A stretch of 27,667 nt of DNA from a virus (Duplodnaviria > Caudoviricetes), in the IMG/VR virus record IMGVR_UViG_3300033487_000035, positions 1 to 27,667 of that record. The stretch is one strand, 5' to 3'. The number at the start of each line of letters is the position of its first letter. The stretch's first letter is position 1. The position numbers and the translations under genes are program-made. Positions 1-11,100 of the stretch are shown piece after piece. A model generated the notes under the pieces. That model was not told the origin of the DNA. It saw only the letters and a program-made list of their open reading frames with translations, and did not search any database.

Positions 1-152
1 AGCATCATCTGCGAGCCATTGGGCACCAGTGCCCACCTGACCGTCCGTGATAGCATTTCCTTGTCAGCCCATCCGTGTTCCTCTAGGTCAACGACGGCCT
101 CTGTGCCGTCATCGAGCGTTGCGTTTGCTACGTATGCGTAGTCTTTAGACAT
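1..152 (-). CDS. Hypothetical protein, 5' part only (runs off the window)
   Basis: ATG at 152 preceded by GAAAGGA; open frame MSKDYAYVANATLDDGTEAVVDLEEHGW... to the window edge; not in the ORF track. Confidence 0.6.
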   Translation of the reverse strand, partial: MSKDYAYVANATLDDGTEAVVDLEEHGWADKEMLSRTVRWALVPNGSQMM

Positions 153-190
153 TGAGTTGTCCGTCCTTTCAGAACTTGTAGACTTGACGA

Positions 191-721
191 TTATACCTCG
201 TCGTACGAGTAGTTCAGAGTCTCCTGACCCATTGCACCCGGAGCAGCAGTGCCCGAGGGCTGCAACTGCAACTGCATTTCCTTCGAGACGGTGTTGATTG
301 CGGAATACGTTGCCGCATCCCACGTTCCCTTAGCGCCCGAAGTGTAGGTCGTGAAGTTAGTGCCACCGGTCATAGCGGTGTTGTACGGGGTCGTACCACC
401 GGTACCCGGAGTCGCACCACCGGTTCCCTGAGCCAACTTGGCCATGAGGGTGATGTTAGCGCCAGCACCGGAGTCAACCGGCGCAGAGCCGTCGCCCCAA
501 AACTTGACGTTGCCCCACGATACTGCCGGGGCGACAGTTGCCTTCAAGCGAAGGTGCTTGCTATACGAATAGCCACCAGCGAGAACAGGGTTGTTCTGGC
601 GAGTGGTGAGGTCCGTAGCAGCAGAGTCGATGCTGAGGAAAGAGATACCGGTCTGAGCAGCGCCAGACTCAGTAGCGGCGTTTGTACCAGTGTACACGAA
701 TACGCCAACCGTTGCGGCCAT
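191..721 (-). CDS. Hypothetical virion-associated protein (Gly/Thr/Ala-rich, beta-rich), 176 aa
   Basis: AAGGAG RBS before the ATG; composition typical of structural proteins; lies downstream of the tail fibre genes. Confidence 0.6.
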   Translation of the reverse strand: MAATVGVFVYTGTNAATESGAAQTGISFLSIDSAATDLTTRQNNPVLAGGYSYSKHLRLKATVAPAVSWGNVKFWGDGSAPVDSGAGANITLMAKLAQGTGGATPGTGGTTPYNTAMTGGTNFTTYTSGAKGTWDAATYSAINTVSKEMQLQLQPSGTAAPGAMGQETLNYSYDEV

Positions 722-723
722 GT

Positions 724-888
724 TTACTCCTTGGGCGGCGCGAAGGCCACCGTTTCAGGCTGCTGAGCGTCTTCTAGCCTACGCTCTAGTTCCTTGATGC
801 GCTCCTTAGCCTGATTGAGTTCTGCCCGGAGCATGTCATTCTCTACAGTGAGAATACCAATCTTAGTGAAAAGGTCGTCTACTTGCAA
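724..888 (-). CDS. Small coiled-coil protein, 54 aa (possible tail fibre chaperone)
   Basis: AGGAG RBS 7 nt before a TTG start; MQVDDLFTKIGILTVENDMLRAELNQAKERIKELERRLEDAQQPETVAFAPPKE; heptad pattern; fills the gap between neighbours. Confidence 0.75.
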   Translation of the reverse strand: MQVDDLFTKIGILTVENDMLRAELNQAKERIKELERRLEDAQQPETVAFAPPKE

Positions 889-899
889 CTCTTATCTCC

Positions 900-1139
900 T
901 TACGGGATATTGAACGTACCCTTGACGTACGCTTCTGCGGCGTCAAGAAGGGTCATGATGTGCGGGACCAGTTCTGGCGGAACGATTGCGGTAACATCTT
1001 GGTCACGAAGTTCGCGCACGGAATACTGGACGCCCTCGATTGTGCAGAGCGTGGAGCCGGAAACCACGACGCGAACGTCTGGTCCATTTCTTGTGAGACT
1101 TACATCTACTGCGACTGCAGTCTCGTCAACGTTAGCCAT
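900..1139 (-). CDS. Hypothetical protein, 79 aa (tail fibre-associated)
   Basis: AGGAGAGG RBS; tightly packed between neighbours on the coding strand. Confidence 0.7.
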   Translation of the reverse strand: MANVDETAVAVDVSLTRNGPDVRVVVSGSTLCTIEGVQYSVRELRDQDVTAIVPPELVPHIMTLLDAAEAYVKGTFNIP

Positions 1140-1148
1140 GCCTCTCCT

Positions 1149-3008
1149 TTATGCTGCGGTCCAGTAACCAACGACGTAGAGCCAAACTGTGCAGCCAGTC
1201 GAAGCGGAAGAAATCCACTTAATCTGCCTGCCGTTGGTCCCACCAACCTCGACCATAACTCCTGTATGCCATCCACCACGACCAGCGTAGCCGCTGTTGT
1301 AGCCTAGAGCAGCGGTGCCACCGCTGTAGTGCTTAATCGTCATGGACATGTTATCGCCTGCAGTAGAGCCTCGAACACCAAAGATTACCTCAGCGTAAAC
1401 GGCAGTGTTCGCGGGGATTGCAGTAAGTTCAACTGTCTGGTCCGACACCTGACCAGCAGCACCGTTGAGGACCGTGCTAATGCCTACTGGCACAAACCTG
1501 AGCAACTGTCCAGACGCGACAGATACCGGGTAGTCGAACTTGTACCCACCAGTTGCCCCAGTGAACTCCATGCCATCAGAAATGTTGTAGTCGTAGATGA
1601 TGCGAGCACCGTAGTCAGACGAGTCAACCTTGAAGTCGATGAACGGGTTGGCGCTTCGGATTTCGATAGAGCCGCCAGAGATAGCGGTGCCGTCCTGCGA
1701 GTAACCAGCATCGTTGTTTGAAACCATCAAGCCGCCCATCACAATCAGGCCGTCGTCGGTCTTTAGATAGGAGCCGTTGTAGCGGTAAAGGTTGGTGTCT
1801 GTTGCCGTGGAGCCGCCCGGACCCCACTCCATGCCTCCCCAGCCAGCCCACCTGAACACAGGCTGCGAGTCACCCGGAGCGGCATAGATTGCAATGCCCT
1901 GATAGCCGTTGTTCGGGAGGACGATGCGAAGTGCCTCCCAGTTCTGGCCGTCGTTGCTGGTCGGGCTGGTTACCCTGAGCCCTCCGACAGCATGCAGAAT
2001 GTCGTCGGTCTTCAATACGTTTGCAGCGCCACGGTAGAGGTTCACGTCGCGGCTGCCAGACGAGTCACCGAGGCCGAACTGCATCACGCCACCTAGAGTT
2101 GCGCTCTCGTAGAGCCCGAAGATGTAGTCAGCCGTGTGACCGACCGTGGTCCCCTTGGCAGAGAGCATCAGGTTGCCGACCGTGAACTTGTTGTCATAGT
2201 TTGCCCGGATAGCGCCACCATCTACCCAAGCGTTAGATGCGACATACTGAGTGCCAGCAGGGAGGCTAGCCGAGAAGCCGTCAGAGTTGTAAAACGTGTT
2301 CCAAGTCCCTACGTGGCCGTAATCTAGGACCGGATGGAACCTGAGTGCAGTATACGTCCAAGCGATGCGAGCCCACAACTCGTATGTTGTCGGCCCAGCA
2401 TCAGACGTAATCACCATCACATAGTCTGTGTTTGCGGTTTCCTGCGACAGGTCTAGCGTTTCGATAAGGACGTACGGCTGGCTGCCGAAGGCATCCTGCT
2501 GCTTGATGCGCCACCTAATGCGACCCTTCGGGCCAGTAGCAAGGGATGAGCCTGAGTTGGTGAACACAATCTCGCCAGACGAGTCGGCGTATCTTGTGCT
2601 GATTGAGCCACTCATCAGCCTAGTCCACTTGGTATTGTCGCTTACGCCGGTGTTAGACGTGACGAAGCCCTGAGGGATGAATGCCCTTCCCTTCAAGTAT
2701 TCATCTACCTTGGACGATGAGTACCTTTCGTCAATCCACCTATCGCCCGTTCCGTAGTCGATGCCGACCTTGACGCTATCGCCAGCCTCGACAATGGTCA
2801 TGCCCGGAATGCGGAAGTCAGTTGAAGCGTAGAGCGGGTCTGTTTCTCCGTACAGGAAGACAGAGCACGTCAGGCCACCTGAGGCGACCTCGTGCACAGT
2901 GCCCCATGTATACTCAACCTTAGCACCGCTGCGGGTGAGTTTCTGGATGCGTCCGTCGATAACGTCGATAATGCGTGATGCTTCGTTCAGAGAAAAGGGC
3001 TCGCCCAT
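1149..3008 (-). CDS. Tail fibre/spike, receptor-binding protein, 619 aa
   Basis: Follows the hub gene with a TAATG overlap; N-terminal WGTVHEV...CSV segment resembles a spike OB-fold; Gly/Ser/Thr-rich body with a duplicated D-x-NLYR-x5-LKTDD motif. Confidence 0.7.
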   Translation of the reverse strand: MGEPFSLNEASRIIDVIDGRIQKLTRSGAKVEYTWGTVHEVASGGLTCSVFLYGETDPLYASTDFRIPGMTIVEAGDSVKVGIDYGTGDRWIDERYSSSKVDEYLKGRAFIPQGFVTSNTGVSDNTKWTRLMSGSISTRYADSSGEIVFTNSGSSLATGPKGRIRWRIKQQDAFGSQPYVLIETLDLSQETANTDYVMVITSDAGPTTYELWARIAWTYTALRFHPVLDYGHVGTWNTFYNSDGFSASLPAGTQYVASNAWVDGGAIRANYDNKFTVGNLMLSAKGTTVGHTADYIFGLYESATLGGVMQFGLGDSSGSRDVNLYRGAANVLKTDDILHAVGGLRVTSPTSNDGQNWEALRIVLPNNGYQGIAIYAAPGDSQPVFRWAGWGGMEWGPGGSTATDTNLYRYNGSYLKTDDGLIVMGGLMVSNNDAGYSQDGTAISGGSIEIRSANPFIDFKVDSSDYGARIIYDYNISDGMEFTGATGGYKFDYPVSVASGQLLRFVPVGISTVLNGAAGQVSDQTVELTAIPANTAVYAEVIFGVRGSTAGDNMSMTIKHYSGGTAALGYNSGYAGRGGWHTGVMVEVGGTNGRQIKWISSASTGCTVWLYVVGYWTAA

Positions 3009-4168
3009 TAGGTCAACTTAATCTCCCTCAACAGCCGCAGGGTTTGGCGGCTAGATGAAAGCGGCACTGTGAAGGCCCTGAGACGGAAGTTCGAGTTGAG
3101 TTGCGAGAACTCCCGCTCGTCAACGTGAAGAACGTCGTTGCCTTCAAATGCTGGGTTGCAGAGGGTTTCCAGCGTAATGTCTTCGTTCACGAGCACGTGC
3201 TTGTAGAACAGGCTTTCGGCTGTCTTGTCAGCAAGTGCCTGCGTTCCGATTTGGTCAGACTCGTACTTGAACACCCTCTCGCCAAGGCGGGTGACATTCG
3301 TAACACTCGTCGGGTCGGTGTCGCGGACACGCGAGATAACGATGTTGTTCTTGTCCTTGGTGCCGATGACGAGCACAGTGTTGTAGAGATTGTCGTCAGA
3401 ATACGAGGTCTTGATGGTGACGAGGTTGTTGTTGTCGTTCGGGTCGTAGGTGTAGACAACAGCCTTATCACCGGGGCTCCTAAAATCCTCAGTCGTCAGA
3501 CGACCCTCAGGGTCAAAGTATACATCAATCCCGTAGGATTTGCAAAGGCTTGCTAGAGCCTCGCCACGGTTGTCACCCTGCTCCACAATGAACTTCTTGG
3601 ACAACTGCTTGTCGGCAGTTGCGCGAGTGTCGAGCGGGTCGAGGTTCTTGCGGGTGACACCGGCAGCGGAGCAGATATCACCGATGACTGTATTGATGCT
3701 GGTGCCTGCGGCCCATTCCTTGTTCCTCGGGAACATGGACTTGCCAAACTTCTTCCACAGGTCGGAGCCAGAAAGGACGACCACACTCATGTTGCGCTCG
3801 ACAGCAACGTCGGCGTGGTCAATCATGAAGGTGCCAATCGGCACCAGTTCTGAGGCGTCACCGAAGTCAATGCCACGGTACAGTTGCACGAGCCTGTTGA
3901 CGTAGAACAGCCCGCCCCAGTCGGAGCGAGGCGACCAGATGCCATCCGGGTTCAGGACGGTCGCGTTGAACGTGCGGCGGGTCAGGCGCGTCACGTCAGC
4001 GTCAACCGAGCCATCGACCATGATGGAGGTTGTGTCGTTGGTCTGGTATCCTGCGTCAACAAACTCGTAGACAGGGTTGAAGTTAGTGTCCAAGACGACC
4101 ATCTTGGAGCGGAAGGTATGGACCGGGCTCTTTAGCGCGGTCAGGAATGCAGATGAAACACCGTACAC
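3008..4168 (-). CDS. Baseplate hub/Tal-like minor tail protein (DUF5047-like), 386 aa
   Basis: Position after Dit; motifs GSVDADVTRLTRRT, ELVPIGTFMID, YFDPEGRL, LYNTVLVIG, NPAFEGND resemble siphophage hub proteins. Confidence 0.7.
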   Translation of the reverse strand: MYGVSSAFLTALKSPVHTFRSKMVVLDTNFNPVYEFVDAGYQTNDTTSIMVDGSVDADVTRLTRRTFNATVLNPDGIWSPRSDWGGLFYVNRLVQLYRGIDFGDASELVPIGTFMIDHADVAVERNMSVVVLSGSDLWKKFGKSMFPRNKEWAAGTSINTVIGDICSAAGVTRKNLDPLDTRATADKQLSKKFIVEQGDNRGEALASLCKSYGIDVYFDPEGRLTTEDFRSPGDKAVVYTYDPNDNNNLVTIKTSYSDDNLYNTVLVIGTKDKNNIVISRVRDTDPTSVTNVTRLGERVFKYESDQIGTQALADKTAESLFYKHVLVNEDITLETLCNPAFEGNDVLHVDEREFSQLNSNFRLRAFTVPLSSSRQTLRLLREIKLT

Positions 4169-7100
4169 TTATGCAACCTCGGTCCATACCAGCGTGACGT
4201 TCATATGACCGCCACCCATGTAATCCTTCGTCGGGCCGCTGAACTCGACTTCCCAAATGTCTCCGAACGGAGACTTCAAGATGTGCGGGCCAGCGTTGGA
4301 CTTGATATACTCTACCTGCGCGATGGCGGTAGCCCTTTCCTCGTCCTTCCACCTGACGTTCATCGAACCCTCAGCGCCGAGCGTCTTGCCACGGACAATG
4401 ACCTTGCGGTTGGTGCCCAGCGGCTCGAACACTTCCTGCTGTACCGGCTCAGAGAACGGGCCAGCCATGACCGGCAACTCGAAGATGTGCTCCGGCCTGC
4501 GGTCAGCGCCGACTACGTACCAAGAGTCTGCGTCAAGCATTTCCTCTGCGAGGTCCGAGTCGCCGCTTTCGAGGTCGGCGTCACCAGTGACAATCTTCCA
4601 CTGGGTAATCTTGTAGTTGTAGGTAACGGTGTTAGCAGTCAGGTAGTCGTAGTAGTCAATGACGCTACGAGTGGTGATGTGTGCCAGAACCGACCAAGTT
4701 GTATCGGAAGGCAACTTGCGGTAGATTGTGTACCTGCGGAACGAGCCGTTCGTCTCGCCAACCGGCAGCGTGCTTTCCTCCCACCACAGGTGCATAGCCG
4801 AGTAAACCGGGTCTGCGACTGCAGAGAAGCCGACCACCGGGTCGGGTGCTGTCCAGTTGGTCGTGACGGAGTTGGAGTCCCAAGCCGAGACAAGGCCGTC
4901 AGTGTCCCACGTACGGACCTCGACACGGTAGGTTGTGCTGTTGAGCAGCGTGCCTGCCGGGAAGTCGAGAGACGTAGCGGACGAGTAAGAGCGGCCAGTA
5001 TCGTAGACCGTGAAGTCGTCAGCGTTCCTGACGATGCGGAACTGGTAGGAGTTCTGGCCCTTGCCGCCCGGAGAGGACATGCTCCACGAAGCGGAGAATG
5101 CCGGTGAGGTCAGCGTGCCAGCGTCAGACGGGGAAGTGATTGTGGTTGAAGGGGACTGGCTTGGCTTGAACACGACGTACGAGGACCATGCGCCGATTGC
5201 GCCCATGGCATCGTAGTAGCGGACACGCCACTTGTATTCAGTCTCGTACGTGAGCGGAGCGGCTGCGCCGGTCGTCTTCAAGACGCCAGCCTCGCCGTCG
5301 TAGACCGTGTTGGCAGCGGCGACCAGACCGGAGTCCTTGAACAGGCTGTAGGCCAGCGTGTTCGCCTCAGTGTTCGTGCGAACCTCTACCTCCATGGCCG
5401 ATGGGAGGTCACCAAGGGTGGCCTTCTCAACGTCCTCGTATGTAGCGGTGAACACTGGCACGAGGGAGTCTGGAATAGTCTCTCCGGTCGTCGGGTCGAG
5501 CGACGTGGAGATTGACGGGTCGCTGTTCAGCCTGAACGGAGTCTTGGCAGAGTACGCACCTGTCGGGCCGGTAGACTTGACATACCTAGCCTGCCAGTAG
5601 TAGACTACACCCTTGGAGAGGGTTGGGCCTGCATACAACTTCGAGAACGTCGTGCCAGAGCCAGCCGTGTCAGTGCTGTCCCAAATAAGCGTCGTCTGGT
5701 CAGAAGCGTAGACGAGGATGCGGTACGTGCTGATGACTTCTGAGTTGAAGGTCGTTCCGTCGAAGGACGGTGCGGCTGCGTCAACCTTCAAGTCGTCAAC
5801 AAAGATATCCCCGGTGTAGGACGAAGCGCCAGCAATGGCGTTCACTCCGACACGAGTGACGTTGGCCCAGTTGACAGTGCCAGACGATGCTGATACTGTA
5901 CCCTTTGTCAGGGTCTTCTGCTCCCAGTTGGTAGTGCCCGGAGTGATGAGGTATTCAACGTAGTCAGTCGCCGTGGCGAACGTGAACCTGAGCCTGAGCG
6001 AAGACAGGTTCGTTAGCGACGAAGCCTTGACCCAAATCTTGATAGGAGTCTGGCCACCGTACTTGCTGAGGTTCTCGGTCACCGTGCGGTACGTGTGAGA
6101 CGAGCCAGCGGCGCTGAGGGTCGTAATCGCAACCTTCATCGAGGCGCGGCCAACCTGCTTGTCTGTTGTCTCCTGAGAGGCAGAGGCAGACGTGCCGTTG
6201 GTTACGTTAGTGATGTTGTCGAACGGGTCGATAACATCTGGCGAGCCGAGCATGGAGTCAGCGACAGGGGCATTCAGAGTTGGAATGCCAGCCGAGTCCA
6301 TGGTAAACTGTACGTAGCCGGTGAAGCCAGCACCCCACGTGGAGCCGGAGTCTGCGGAAACCCTTACCCTCCACTTGTATGCTGTTGACCAAGCGAGGGT
6401 CGCCATGACCGGGGCCGTTCCTACCGAGCCGTAGGTGATGGTCTTCGATGTACCGCTGGTGGTCGTGACGGTACCGGAGTCCCACGCAACTGCGTTGTCA
6501 GAGGCACGCAGGACTTCAATCTCGTAAGCGTTGAACGCCGTGGAGCGACCAAACGTGAAGTCTGGCGTCGTGTCCGTCACCGGGCTGACAGGAGCAGTCT
6601 GGCTGATGGAGCCAGCGGCAGGAGTCACGAAGGTCTGCAGTGCGGAGTCGGCAGAGGTTCCACCGACGCTGGAAACGACGCTGGCCTTCCACTTGTACGT
6701 GGTGCTGTACGCAAGAGTCGTTCCGCCATAAGCCTTCGAGAAGCCAGTGCTTGTGACTCCACTCGTGAACAAACCAGAAGACCAGACAACAGTTGTTCCG
6801 TCGCTCTGGTAGACGATGATGTATGCGCCGGTCAGCGAGTCAGAAGTTGACGCACGTGTACCGGTGAATGTCGGCATCGGGTTGCCGGAGCCATCGGTCG
6901 GAACAGACTCGGAGGCAGTCGGGTCGAGGTTGATTGGGACGCCGGTCGTGTGGGTCGTGAACGTTGCGTAGCCGCTGTAGGCAGACCATGCTCCGTTGCT
7001 GTCCTTTGTCCTAGCCTTCCACCTGTAACTCGTCTGCCATGCGAGGGCGGGCGAGCCACCGTATGTGAGAGTCATCGTCGTGCGGGCGGTGACCGTTACT

Positions 7101-8143
7101 TCACCGGAGTCCCAAACAGCAGTGCCGCCAGAAGTCTCCAAGACAATCTGGTAGCCTGTCAACTGGGAGTCGGTTGCGTCAGGGTCGGAGTGCGTGACGT
7201 TGAAGGTCGGCGTGAGCGTGAGAATGTCAGTCGTCGGGCTCTGAGTCAGGCTCAGCGACGGGGTGTTCGGGATGGAGTTAGCCTTGAACCTCTGCAGCGC
7301 AGTGTACGCACCCCATGCGCCAGCAGCGTCAGCAGAACGGACCTTCCACTGGTAGTAAGTGTTTCCGGTAAGCGCAGCACCGCTGTAGACCTTGTTGATT
7401 GTCGAGCCAGCGATTGTGCCGCTGTCCCACTTCAACGTGACGCCATCATCCTCGTAAAGCAAAATCTGGTAGTTGCTCTGCGTGTCGCCAGCGTTCGGGT
7501 CGCTGAACGTAGCGGTGAACGTCGGAGTCAGCGTGTTGACGATTGCGCTGCCGGTCGGAGACGGGTTTGTCGGCGCGTTTGGAGCAGTGTTCGTTGAGTA
7601 GTCAACGACAATGTATGCATCGTAGGACGAGCCCTTTTCGGTTGACCAGATATCGAGGCGTTCGTTTGCGGAACCTTCGCTCGAAGACACGAAGCGGAAG
7701 CCGTAGAACACACCCGCAGCCCAAGCCTGCTGCACCATTCCGGTGACGCTCTTGGAGTACCAAGTGTTCTCAGCGATGTTGTTGATTGTCCAAGTTGCAC
7801 GGTTGGTGGACGAGCAAGCCGGGGCAATGTCGTCGCTGCTGTGCCACGTCTCGCCGGAAGCGGACGAGCCCTCAGACCAAGAAGCCGTGATAAGGTCTAC
7901 ATAGAACGTAACATCGTCGCCAGCGTAAGAGCCGTGGTAGCCGTCAGCGGTCTTGATGTACAGCGTTGCGCTGTTGATGGCCGTCCAGCCTGTCCAAGAG
8001 TACGAGAAGCCAATGAAGGCACGTGCAGCATCACCACCATCAAGCCACGACATATAGCCGACAGGCAGGTGGATATCAACTCCCGAGCCGTAGTTAGTAC
8101 CGGATACGTTATCCTTGTTGGCGTTCCACGTTGCAGTTGCCAT
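4169..8143 (-). CDS. Large minor tail protein: DNRLRE-like N-terminus, about 8 Ig/FN3-like repeats, CBM-like insert, C-terminal Dit-like domain, 1324 aa
   Basis: Directly after TMP (TAATG overlap); repeated TPxF...YxI...WDSG...L...TxYxW(K/R)xR units; C-terminal FEPLG...GAEGSM...PHILKSPFGDIWEV. Confidence 0.7.
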   Translation of the reverse strand: MATATWNANKDNVSGTNYGSGVDIHLPVGYMSWLDGGDAARAFIGFSYSWTGWTAINSATLYIKTADGYHGSYAGDDVTFYVDLITASWSEGSSASGETWHSSDDIAPACSSTNRATWTINNIAENTWYSKSVTGMVQQAWAAGVFYGFRFVSSSEGSANERLDIWSTEKGSSYDAYIVVDYSTNTAPNAPTNPSPTGSAIVNTLTPTFTATFSDPNAGDTQSNYQILLYEDDGVTLKWDSGTIAGSTINKVYSGAALTGNTYYQWKVRSADAAGAWGAYTALQRFKANSIPNTPSLSLTQSPTTDILTLTPTFNVTHSDPDATDSQLTGYQIVLETSGGTAVWDSGEVTVTARTTMTLTYGGSPALAWQTSYRWKARTKDSNGAWSAYSGYATFTTHTTGVPINLDPTASESVPTDGSGNPMPTFTGTRASTSDSLTGAYIIVYQSDGTTVVWSSGLFTSGVTSTGFSKAYGGTTLAYSTTYKWKASVVSSVGGTSADSALQTFVTPAAGSISQTAPVSPVTDTTPDFTFGRSTAFNAYEIEVLRASDNAVAWDSGTVTTTSGTSKTITYGSVGTAPVMATLAWSTAYKWRVRVSADSGSTWGAGFTGYVQFTMDSAGIPTLNAPVADSMLGSPDVIDPFDNITNVTNGTSASASQETTDKQVGRASMKVAITTLSAAGSSHTYRTVTENLSKYGGQTPIKIWVKASSLTNLSSLRLRFTFATATDYVEYLITPGTTNWEQKTLTKGTVSASSGTVNWANVTRVGVNAIAGASSYTGDIFVDDLKVDAAAPSFDGTTFNSEVISTYRILVYASDQTTLIWDSTDTAGSGTTFSKLYAGPTLSKGVVYYWQARYVKSTGPTGAYSAKTPFRLNSDPSISTSLDPTTGETIPDSLVPVFTATYEDVEKATLGDLPSAMEVEVRTNTEANTLAYSLFKDSGLVAAANTVYDGEAGVLKTTGAAAPLTYETEYKWRVRYYDAMGAIGAWSSYVVFKPSQSPSTTITSPSDAGTLTSPAFSASWSMSSPGGKGQNSYQFRIVRNADDFTVYDTGRSYSSATSLDFPAGTLLNSTTYRVEVRTWDTDGLVSAWDSNSVTTNWTAPDPVVGFSAVADPVYSAMHLWWEESTLPVGETNGSFRRYTIYRKLPSDTTWSVLAHITTRSVIDYYDYLTANTVTYNYKITQWKIVTGDADLESGDSDLAEEMLDADSWYVVGADRRPEHIFELPVMAGPFSEPVQQEVFEPLGTNRKVIVRGKTLGAEGSMNVRWKDEERATAIAQVEYIKSNAGPHILKSPFGDIWEVEFSGPTKDYMGGGHMNVTLVWTEVA

Positions 8144-11100
8144 TAGTCCACCGTTGCCATCTGTTCAAGGGCACGAACCATGTCGGACCCAGTGATGAGG
8201 CTGGCAAGGGAGCCCATGTCGAGACTCGACACGCTTCCGTCGCCAGAGGTTACGTCTACGTTGAGGTTGATAGTGCGCGTTGCGTCAGTCGTCGCAGTGC
8301 TCGTGAAAGCGCCGCTAACGGCTGTTGCGGTATCCGAGACACCGCGCATCGCGTCGGTGATTGCCTCTGCCTGACCGACCATCGCCGTGTAGGCATCGTC
8401 GGTCTTCTCGATGCCGACCGCAAGGCCCTTGACAATGTTCTCGCCAATGGCCATCATAACACGGGACGGCGACTTGATGCCAAGGGCGTCGAGGATAGGA
8501 CCCGGAATGACGTTCTTGATGAACGCCGTTACCTTGTCGATAATCCAGTCCTTAGCGTCGTTGATACCCTTCCAAAGGCCAGCAACAATGTTCTTGCCGA
8601 TGCTGAGCATGATTGTAGCAGGGCTGCTGATGCCAAGGAAGTCCTTGATGCCGTCGATGATTGAGCCGAAGAAGCCCTTGGCCTGCGTGATGGCCCAGTC
8701 GATAGCACCCTTGACTCCGTTGACGAAGCCCTCGATGACCATGCCACCGAAGGTGGTAACGGTGTCGATGAAGCCCTTGATTGACCAGTAGATAGAGCCC
8801 TCACCCTCACCGAAGATGGTCTTGAACAAAGTGTCGATGAAGGACAGGCCACCGGAAATGATGGACTGGAAGATGGAGATTGCCGAGCGGAACAGACCCT
8901 CGATGACGCTCAGGACACCACGGATGATATCCTCAATGCCGGTCCAGATACCGTCCCAGTCTCCCTTTAGGATTGCGCCGAAGACCTCGAAGATGCCTTC
9001 AACAATCTGCCAGAAGCCGGTGATTACGAGCACCAGTCCCTCGATGATGTTCTTCAAGAACGTTGTCACCGCAGACCAGATGCCGTTCCAGACTGACCAG
9101 ATGAACGCAAGCCCAGCCCCGATGAGCGTCTTGATAGTCTCGATTGCGACGTTCAGGGCGATGCTGATGTTGGTCCACACGAGGTCCCAGTCAATGCCAA
9201 GCGACTCAATCCAGTCGCTAATGGCGGTGACGACCAGTTCGATAATCGCAGGGATTGTACCGATAAAGTCGAGGAACGCCTGCAAAGTCGCGCCCATCTG
9301 CTCGAACATCGGGCCGAAGGTTTCGGATGCCCATGTGACCAACTGGTTCCATGCCGGGAGCAGGACGTTGTTCACAATGTCAGCGAGTGTCTGCAGGATG
9401 GGCGGAATGACCTCCTGCAACCACTGGAAGACGCCACCGATAATCGGGCCGACGTTGGTTACGAACCACTGAACGATGCCGTCAATGAAGTCCTTGAAGC
9501 CAAGGAAGTTCGTTTCGTATGCTACAATGAACGCTGTGACTGCGGCGGCGATGCCAAGGATGACCCAGCCGACCGGGCCAGCAGCAGTCATCAGCCCCAT
9601 GAACGCAGAGCCTACGGCCCTGAGCGCAGTGACAAGCCCACCCAACTTAGCCGGGAGGGTCGGCAGGAACGTAGCCGCAGACTGGAAGCCGCCAACAACC
9701 GCAGACATTGCCTGCATGGCCTTGGTGACCCCCCACAGGCCGTTGGTGAGCGGGCCGAGCAACTTGTTGACGCCGACCATGACGAGCAGGGCAGCGCCGA
9801 CCTTCTTGATAATCTCCACGTGCTCAGGAGTAATCTTGTCGATTGCGTCAGCGAGCCAGTTGATTGCGTCGGCAAGGTAGCCAAGGCCGACGTTGACGAG
9901 GTTATCAAGCGTAGTAAACAGGTCGCTCAGGCCACCGCCGACACCCTCGACACCACCGAACAGCCTGTCGAAGGCTGAGACGAGAGAGTCAACAAGGTTG
10001 CCGATGGCGGTGCGGATGCCCGACGTGTTCTGGTAAATCTTAGTGCCAAGGTACACGAACGCTGCGATGACCGCGCCGATTGTCACGAGCATCGGGAGCA
10101 TGCCTGCGATGACGAGGACGATGGTGTTCACGAAGAAGATGAGCGTGCCGACTGCCAACATGATTGCGCCAGCAACTACCGCGAAGATGGTGCCGAGAGC
10201 AGCCCACTTAGCGAACTGCTTGACCATGGACGGGTTCTTCTTGGCCCACTGCATGACCTTCTGGAATGCGCCGAGCAGCCATTCGACCACCGGCATAACA
10301 GTGTCGATGATGGTCTGAGCGGTTTCCTCGAAGGCAGGTGCCATGAGGTAGATTGTCTCGGAGAGTTCTTCGAGGATGGGCGTCAACTTCTTGGCAATCA
10401 TCTGGCCGATGTTGAGCAGGACCGGTTCGATGGTCTGCTTCAACAGGCCCTTGATGCCTGCCCACGAGCCTGCCAGAATGTCCCATGACTTAGCGAAGGC
10501 TTCGGTTGCGTCCTTCTGGTTGAGCCTATAGTCTACCCAAGACTTAGCACCGTCTGCAAGTGCCTTGTGGGCGATATCGAGCATTTCGGTCATGACCGGC
10601 AACTCGTTCGCCGTGGTGATGGTTGCGAGCAGGTTTGCCTTCTGCTCGTAGGTCATGTTCTTGGTAGCCTTGGCCAACTTCCAGATGTACTTTTCCATGC
10701 CGACGAAGTTGCCCTTTGCGTCGAAGGCAACCTTGTTGTAGCCACCCTGAGACTTGAACAGTTCGTCCAACTTCTCCTTAGCGGCAGCGGTCGGCTTTAC
10801 CAACTTGATGTAGGTCTGACGGAGAGCACGACCGACCTGAGAGCCACGGAAGCCCGCGTCACCAAGGGCTCCAAGGACTGCGACCATCGTCTGCAGCGGC
10901 TCGTCGGCGTTGCCCGCGACGGAGCCGAACATCTTGAAGGACTCAATCAGGTTCGGGAACTCCAACGCCGTCTTCTGAGTAGCGAAGTGGAGCAACTCTA
11001 CGACGTGGCTTGTCTCGCTCATCGGCAGGTTAAACTGCTTCAAGACACCGTAGACGCCCTTGATTGAGGTTTCGTAACTCGTGTTGGTCATGGCCGACAA

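Noticed and set aside
4169-8143. Glycoside hydrolase family 78 (rhamnosidase)
   Set aside because: Only the Ig-like WDSG-type repeats resemble that family; no catalytic domain is evident and the position indicates a tail protein
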